DNA of 64,000 bases from Lytechinus pictus (taxonomy: Eukaryota): NCBI RefSeq assembly GCF_037042905.1, contig NC_087245.1:27716001-27780000 (forward strand). Reading direction: 5' to 3'. A program made the position numbers and the translations under genes. Below the pieces are notes generated by a model. It saw nothing but the letters and a program-made list of their open reading frames with translations. It did not search any database and was not told where the DNA came from. Shown here piece by piece: positions 57,899 to 64,000 of the stretch (positions within the stretch are counted from its first letter, which is position 1; each line of letters opens with the position of its first letter).

Positions 57899-59276
57899 TT
57901 AGGTAGTCGGAAGTAAATGGGGCTGTTACACCTGGCACTTTAAAGGCTACTGCAGACCTCATGATCGGGCTACCACCCAACTTTGGAATAAAACAATGAG
58001 AAGATTAAATCATAAAACAAAATTTTGAATTTATCATTAGAACTTTCATTAATAAAAATATATAGTTATTTCTCCCCCTTCATAAAGTCACATGTTCAAC
58101 CCTAATTGTGCCGTTTCAGACCACAGAATTAAAGGAAAGAAAATTGCACTCGTCGCCATCGCAGGTAAATGCTCAAGGGAACACCATTATGGCAGCAATC
58201 ACACAATCGTGGGCAACACGCTTGAGGAGCTTTCCCCTTTCTTCTAGTTCAGTTTTTCATACCAGGCTTTTACGGGGGGGGGGTCGATTTTACCCCCCTC
58301 CCCCAATCTTGGCCGCTGAAAGCGCGACCGCCTTGAAAATTTGCATGCATGTAGAGCCCGATGTAAACTATGAAACTGCACATTTAAATTTTGCCCCAAA
58401 AATAAATATTTTTTAAAAATTAATTGGTAATGCACATAAGTGTATGATTTGCCCTAAATGTGTTTATTTTGTGTGTGTTTTGCCTTTAACTCACTTCGAA
58501 TATGTGTAGCCAGTAGAATGCAAATTTTTGGTGAAAATATTAATTTTGACTAGTATAACAAATATCTACAAACAAATTACCAAAACATCATTGATTTCTT
58601 AACCCATGTGCACTTGTTTTGTTTAAGGAATTCCATACCGTGTTCGCTCCAGACGGGCTCCAGATGATCATCTAGTGTAACACCAGAGAAAGACAGATCT
58701 AAACGGGGTATACATGCAAGTCACACTTAACACTATCTGAAACACACTACATGTAGGTGTGACCGGCCCATTTTCTGTTATTACTTGCCCATGCTCGGTC
58801 TGTTTAATTTAAGTACAATGAAATAAACTGCACCTTGAAGCATTTCCTTTCCTAAGAGCTTTCTCAATTTATTCATTTCATGACAGAATACTAGGCCTTG
58901 CCAATACAATTATTGGAATTTACAGTGACTGCTCACGGTAAAACACAAAAATCATGAACACCTCGACTAACATTGCTTTATAGAACCTGAAATGCACGTT
59001 ACATGTACATTCTATTGTATCACCTCATGAAATGTATCTTTACAATGAAACTGGAATGATGAATTATATATGAGTGACACACAGATGGTCTGATGTGAAA
59101 TATTGGAGTCACGAGGCAAGCACTTCACTGTTGTGTCAACTCTGAGCTTCCTGCCGCCAGCCTTGTGAAGATAATTAATTTACAAATGTATTTCAAATCA
59201 ACATACCAATTTTTCCCAAGCAACCTTTAGAAGCCTTGTGCACACACGATGCACAGACATGTATCTGCCAACACAA

Positions 59277-59562
59277 CAGGGGCGGATCCAGGATTTTCCA
59301 AGGGGGGGGGGCACATTTTCCCGCAAAGAAAATTTGACCCCAAAAAAAACCACATAAAAACAAGGTTTTCACCTAAAAAATAAGGACATTTCATCCACGA
59401 AAAAATTTGACAAGCAAAAAAAAAGGTCTTCACTTTGAAAGGGAGGGGGGCACACTTGTGTTTTAACAGCATTTTTACATTACAAATTTTAATTGTGCCT
59501 CTCAAAAGGGGGAGGGGGGCACAGGCTGACTGTGCCCCCCCCCCCCCCCCGATCCACCAGTG
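59277..59562. mobile_element. hAT-like MITE
   Basis: caggggcggatc ... gatccaccagtg termini with G/C runs. Confidence 0.6.
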
Positions 59563-60395
59563 CAACAAGGCTTATTTTCATTCAGAATACAAAGGCCTGT
59601 TCATCAATAGAATAAAGCACCTGACAAAATACATGAAGTATTGTGTAGAACTTTAGAGGAATCTCATAAGAGTGACAATTTATGTTGCCAAGGCAGGAGA
59701 CACTTGTTTGACAATCTATTTTTTTTTTCATTACTTCCAGACATGACACATACATGTATAATCTACATTTAATATTAGCAGATGTGGGGCACATTTTTGC
59801 ATAATGCCAGAACACTATTGAAATTGATGAAGAGGTTTTCGGGATCTGTTTGAACACAAGCCATAATAAATCCCTCAATTTAAAACATGTAATGCTTGTG
59901 TAGGAAATACATGTACATATTTTGGAGACTAAACCCGACATGAATTAAACACATTCACAAATCATATATTCTGAAAATGACATATCTCCAACGGTTTTGA
60001 ACCATGAAAACAAATAATAGAAAATAATATATGAATGATTTTGTATTATTTGGTAAAAACAAGAATACAAACAATATAAAAAGTTTCAAGGATAGAGTTT
60101 CATTGTATGAATAGTTGCCTCTCTCACACATACAGATGAAGTACTGAATACATGTATATCATACAAATAAATGCAATAAAGATAATATCAAGGTTCCAAA
60201 GCTTGAAAGACAAACTTAAAAATAAAGGGGGAAAATACCATACATGTAATCCAGTTTGATTAGAATCTGACTTGTTTTAAACCTTTTAACACAGATGAAA
60301 AAAAAAATTCGAATACATTTATCTAAATTAGAGGAAACCTTCAAAATTACCCCAGTATTGTTTCAGACAAGTGAGACATCTCCAATGTACATTAA

Positions 60396-60785
60396 AGGGG
60401 AAATTTTCCATGACAAATTGCTTTTCATAATTAAAGCAACAAAAAATTATGAAAATCCATCAAAGAATACAAGATATGATTTTTTATAATTTATTGTGAC
60501 GTCGTATGCAAGCAGCTCCCATATATCATGTGACATAAATTCGCGAATTTCACCTTTTTAATGGAATGTGATGAATATAGATGCTATGAAATATTTGCGT
60601 CTGATGAAATATCCCCACAAAAAAATATAACTTTCATTTTTTTTAAATTGCATTTTTTCAATTTATATCACATGACATTTGGAGGAGCAGCTCGTCTGTG
60701 ACGTCACAAAACCATCACTTTACAAATTCCTCAGTTATTTTCATCAAACCTTCACCTATTTTTTTCTCTTATTTTTCAAACTTCT
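60396..60785. mobile_element. TTAA-flanked Kolobok-like MITE (related elements near 18005-18410 and around 560-1630)
   Basis: ttaa|agggga ... aacttct|ttaa, with internal gtgacgtc/gcagctc motifs. Confidence 0.45.
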
Positions 60786-63700
60786 TTAACATGCATACAT
60801 ATTTTTTCTTCCCCTTTTTTTTTCGAAATTTAAAATAGGATAAAACAACATCTTAAAATTTGAAACAAAAAAAATCCAGACAGCATTTGTATATTATGTA
60901 TCTTGTACCACTGATTTATTTTTCATTACACAAAACACATCTTAACAATGGCTGGTCTGCGTAGGTAAGAATAGTTTTGTTTTTCATGACATCCATATAT
61001 TAATCTTACTTCAATGTTATAATACATACATGTAATTCCTTTTTGCCTATTCAAGCTGCACAAGGTATTTGAGTGCTCTAAAGATGATTTTCAATTGTGC
61101 TTTAACAAAAACAAAAATATTATTGCATGGCTATCCTCTATACATTACACTTATTTGCACTTCAGAAATGTACACACATTCATGTCAGTTCATATTCAAT
61201 ACATTCTTTTACTCAAATCTTAGACATATTCAACTGCATTTTTCAGAAAGACTGTTCAAAACAAAAGTGCTTAAGAAATTTATTTCTTTACTCTAAAAAC
61301 CTTACAAATTCACTTGCACTTTGAAAGACTGGAATTATAGTGCTTCAAAATAATAATAGGTCTAATAATAATATCATGCAAAACTTAATACAATGTTTCT
61401 AAGTGCTGCATACTCATTCTATAAAATATACTTGTAGAGTTTATGTACATATATATATAAATATGTGTGTGTATATATATATGTAAACTACTGCAACTCT
61501 CAAAAAACTGAACTGAATGCATACATGTAAACGGGCATTATTTGATTTGCAGGGTAATATACAGACACATGACACACAGAATATTGATTTGTTTTCCCCG
61601 ATTCACTTTTGTTTAAAAAAAAATCATAAATTTCCTATTGCACACTCAGCTCACAGATGTATGTTTCACAAAGCTGTTTGTAAAGTACTAGTAACACATG
61701 ACTGGGAGCATGCATGTATTACATGCTAAGTCAGTTATAATTATAGGGATATATCAAAATAGCAGAAGAAATGGTCACTAGCCATGCATAAACTCATCTG
61801 TAACTTGCAAACAGGTACCACAAATCCACCAAAAGTCGCCCGAAATGAACTCAAGTTCAAAGAGGAGATTCTCGGCTTTAAACTGGCACAAGGCAATAGT
61901 AAAGGATGTTCACCACCATAGAATATCGCTTTTTGAGAATAAAGGAAAATTAGCTAAGCTATTGGAGCACCATGACTCATCCAGTTTTGTTAAAATAGGG
62001 TGACAAAAAGAACAAAATTAGAAATCGAGGTGTCAAGAAATAGCCCCCAATATTGGCATACTAATTAAGCATATCCTGTTCATTGTTATGGACAAGTAGT
62101 GGTGAAAGAGTCTATTATCAAAGGGGAATCAGAGTGCAATTGAGCTTTCGAGTCTCCAGGATGAAGTAGTTTAAAGTGATTGGCTAACATTGATTTGACT
62201 TTTTAAAAATCTGAGCTAGAAGGTCACACTTGTCACCTGTGTCTGTGATATGTTACAAAAATGAAGCCCAGAAAAAAATCGCATCCAAAAATCATTTAGT
62301 GCTTCAAAAAGTGAAATACAAAGTGACTGGAAACACCATCTTAATTTCATCCCATACACGTGTGTTCTATTTAAGCGTCTTTAAGACACCTAATTACATG
62401 ATCGAGGTTTGCCTTGTATTTTTAGCTTTTCATTCTCAATAATGGTTGTTTTCAGGGTTTTTTAGTTCTAATACATGTACTTGTACACATGTTTCATCTT
62501 GGTTTGAGAATTTTTTAAATCGACTGCTCACAAAGTTAAATAATACCTTTAAGTTATCCAAAGACTAAAAATTGGGTTGAATATTTTTTTTTTAATCGGC
62601 ACTCGCAATTGCAACGCAAAGCAATGAGCAGCAAACTGATTTGTTTCTTTGTTGTTGTTGTTGTTTTTTGGGGGGTGGGGGTATAAATAATAACTATAAT
62701 ATATGCAATTTGTTAGGTGCCATATCCATCTCGTAAGAGATGAGCAAGTGAAGGGGAGGGGGGGGGGCAAACAAAATTACAAGTAACAGAAAATCATTGA
62801 TAAAATGAGTAAAGTTAAATAAGTGAGTTAAGTTAAATCATCAAATTCAGCCCATGATGTTAATAAGGGTTAAGATTAATTTAGTACTGAATCCAAAATT
62901 TAACAAATTAAATATACAGTAAAAATCAACTTATCAAGTTCATCTTCAAAGTATATGTGAACATGAAAAGAAAAAGACTGGGACATGATCCATTACTGTG
63001 ATTTGAAGTGTTGATCACTGGCTAACAAAAGGCAATATATGTAAGTTCTATCCTTCAAATACATATTTTATTATATTGACTTTTTGGCAATATATCGCTT
63101 TTAAAATAAATATTTCCAAATGAAAAAGGAATGGCAAGTTAATCTGTAAATGTGGAATATATGTAAATAAAGTGTTCGTAGATTTTTTTTCTATTTGCAG
63201 GTGGTTCTACAGCTTTCAATGCTCAAGCAATTTCCATATCTGTATTTCAAAAATGGCATTTTATAGTAGACATGTATCAAGACATTGCAAATGTTTTTTT
63301 CAATCAATATAACATTTCAGGATGGGTCAAACCAGACCTATAAAGCTTCATGCCATGAACAAAGCAGTATATTCTTGTAGATTACCATTTCACTACCAGT
63401 AAAAACTGTTTAGTGACAACAAACAACCTATATGCACTGATCCATATAACTTTACAGTTATGTAATAGACTTCATATTTCACATAAAATATTTCATCAAC
63501 ATTGATATGAAACCAAATCAGCCTTAATATGAAACTACATGTATAAACTTACATTAATGGTTCACCTGTATAACATGTTTAAGTACAGTATGGACCTTGT
63601 TAAAGAGGATTAGTATCCTTTGAGAGAGAGAGAAAACAAAAATAAAGTGTAAAGATTTTTTTACTTCAGACACAATTTCTTGACAGTTTTTAAGTGCAGC

Positions 63701-64000
63701 ATATGCAAGACTAGCTGCATACACATGCATACATGGCTTACATAATCTACACATTTACTTGACAAATACGAAGTATGTTCATTTTAATCAGCAACACTCA
63801 ATCAGTAATTCTGCATGATAACACAAAATAAATCATATATCTTTCTCATTTCAGCCACGTAGAACTTTGTCCTTAAGGCACGTCTTCCAAAAAAAACAAA
63901 AAAAACAATTACAACCATGTTGTCTGCTAATACATATGATCTATCAAGAACTATAATTAATCATTAGTTTATTGCAATATGTGTATCGAGTTTAAAACTA

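Overview
AT-rich animal genomic DNA, probably from an invertebrate deuterostome such as a sea urchin (inferred from the repeat landscape, not proven). Most of the window (1863-52782, + strand) is one multi-exon gene, the HECT E3 ubiquitin ligase UBR5/EDD/hyd. I traced 50 GT-AG coding exons with consistent phases (9475 nt in the window, about 3157 codons plus stop). The first coding exon lies upstream of the window. UBA, UBR-box, MLLE and HECT domains are all recognisable. The introns are full of DNA transposon derivatives: a 4-kb foldback palindrome, three HINE/Helentron-like copies with DR1 arrays, piggyBac-, Kolobok-, Tc1-, hAT- and Harbinger-like non-autonomous elements, a spliced hAT transposase remnant, an RTE LINE remnant and a tRNA-SINE. 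The most unusual observations are: (1) tandem duplications of the HECT C-terminal tail in the 3' UTR that form ATG-initiated 18-aa mini-ORFs ending FGFV; (2) a minimal hammerhead ribozyme motif in a HECT-region intron; (3) a candidate 15-nt in-frame microexon; (4) more than 30 TACATGTA motifs matching Tc1-type excision footprints; (5) a K-to-M change in the MLLE signature.
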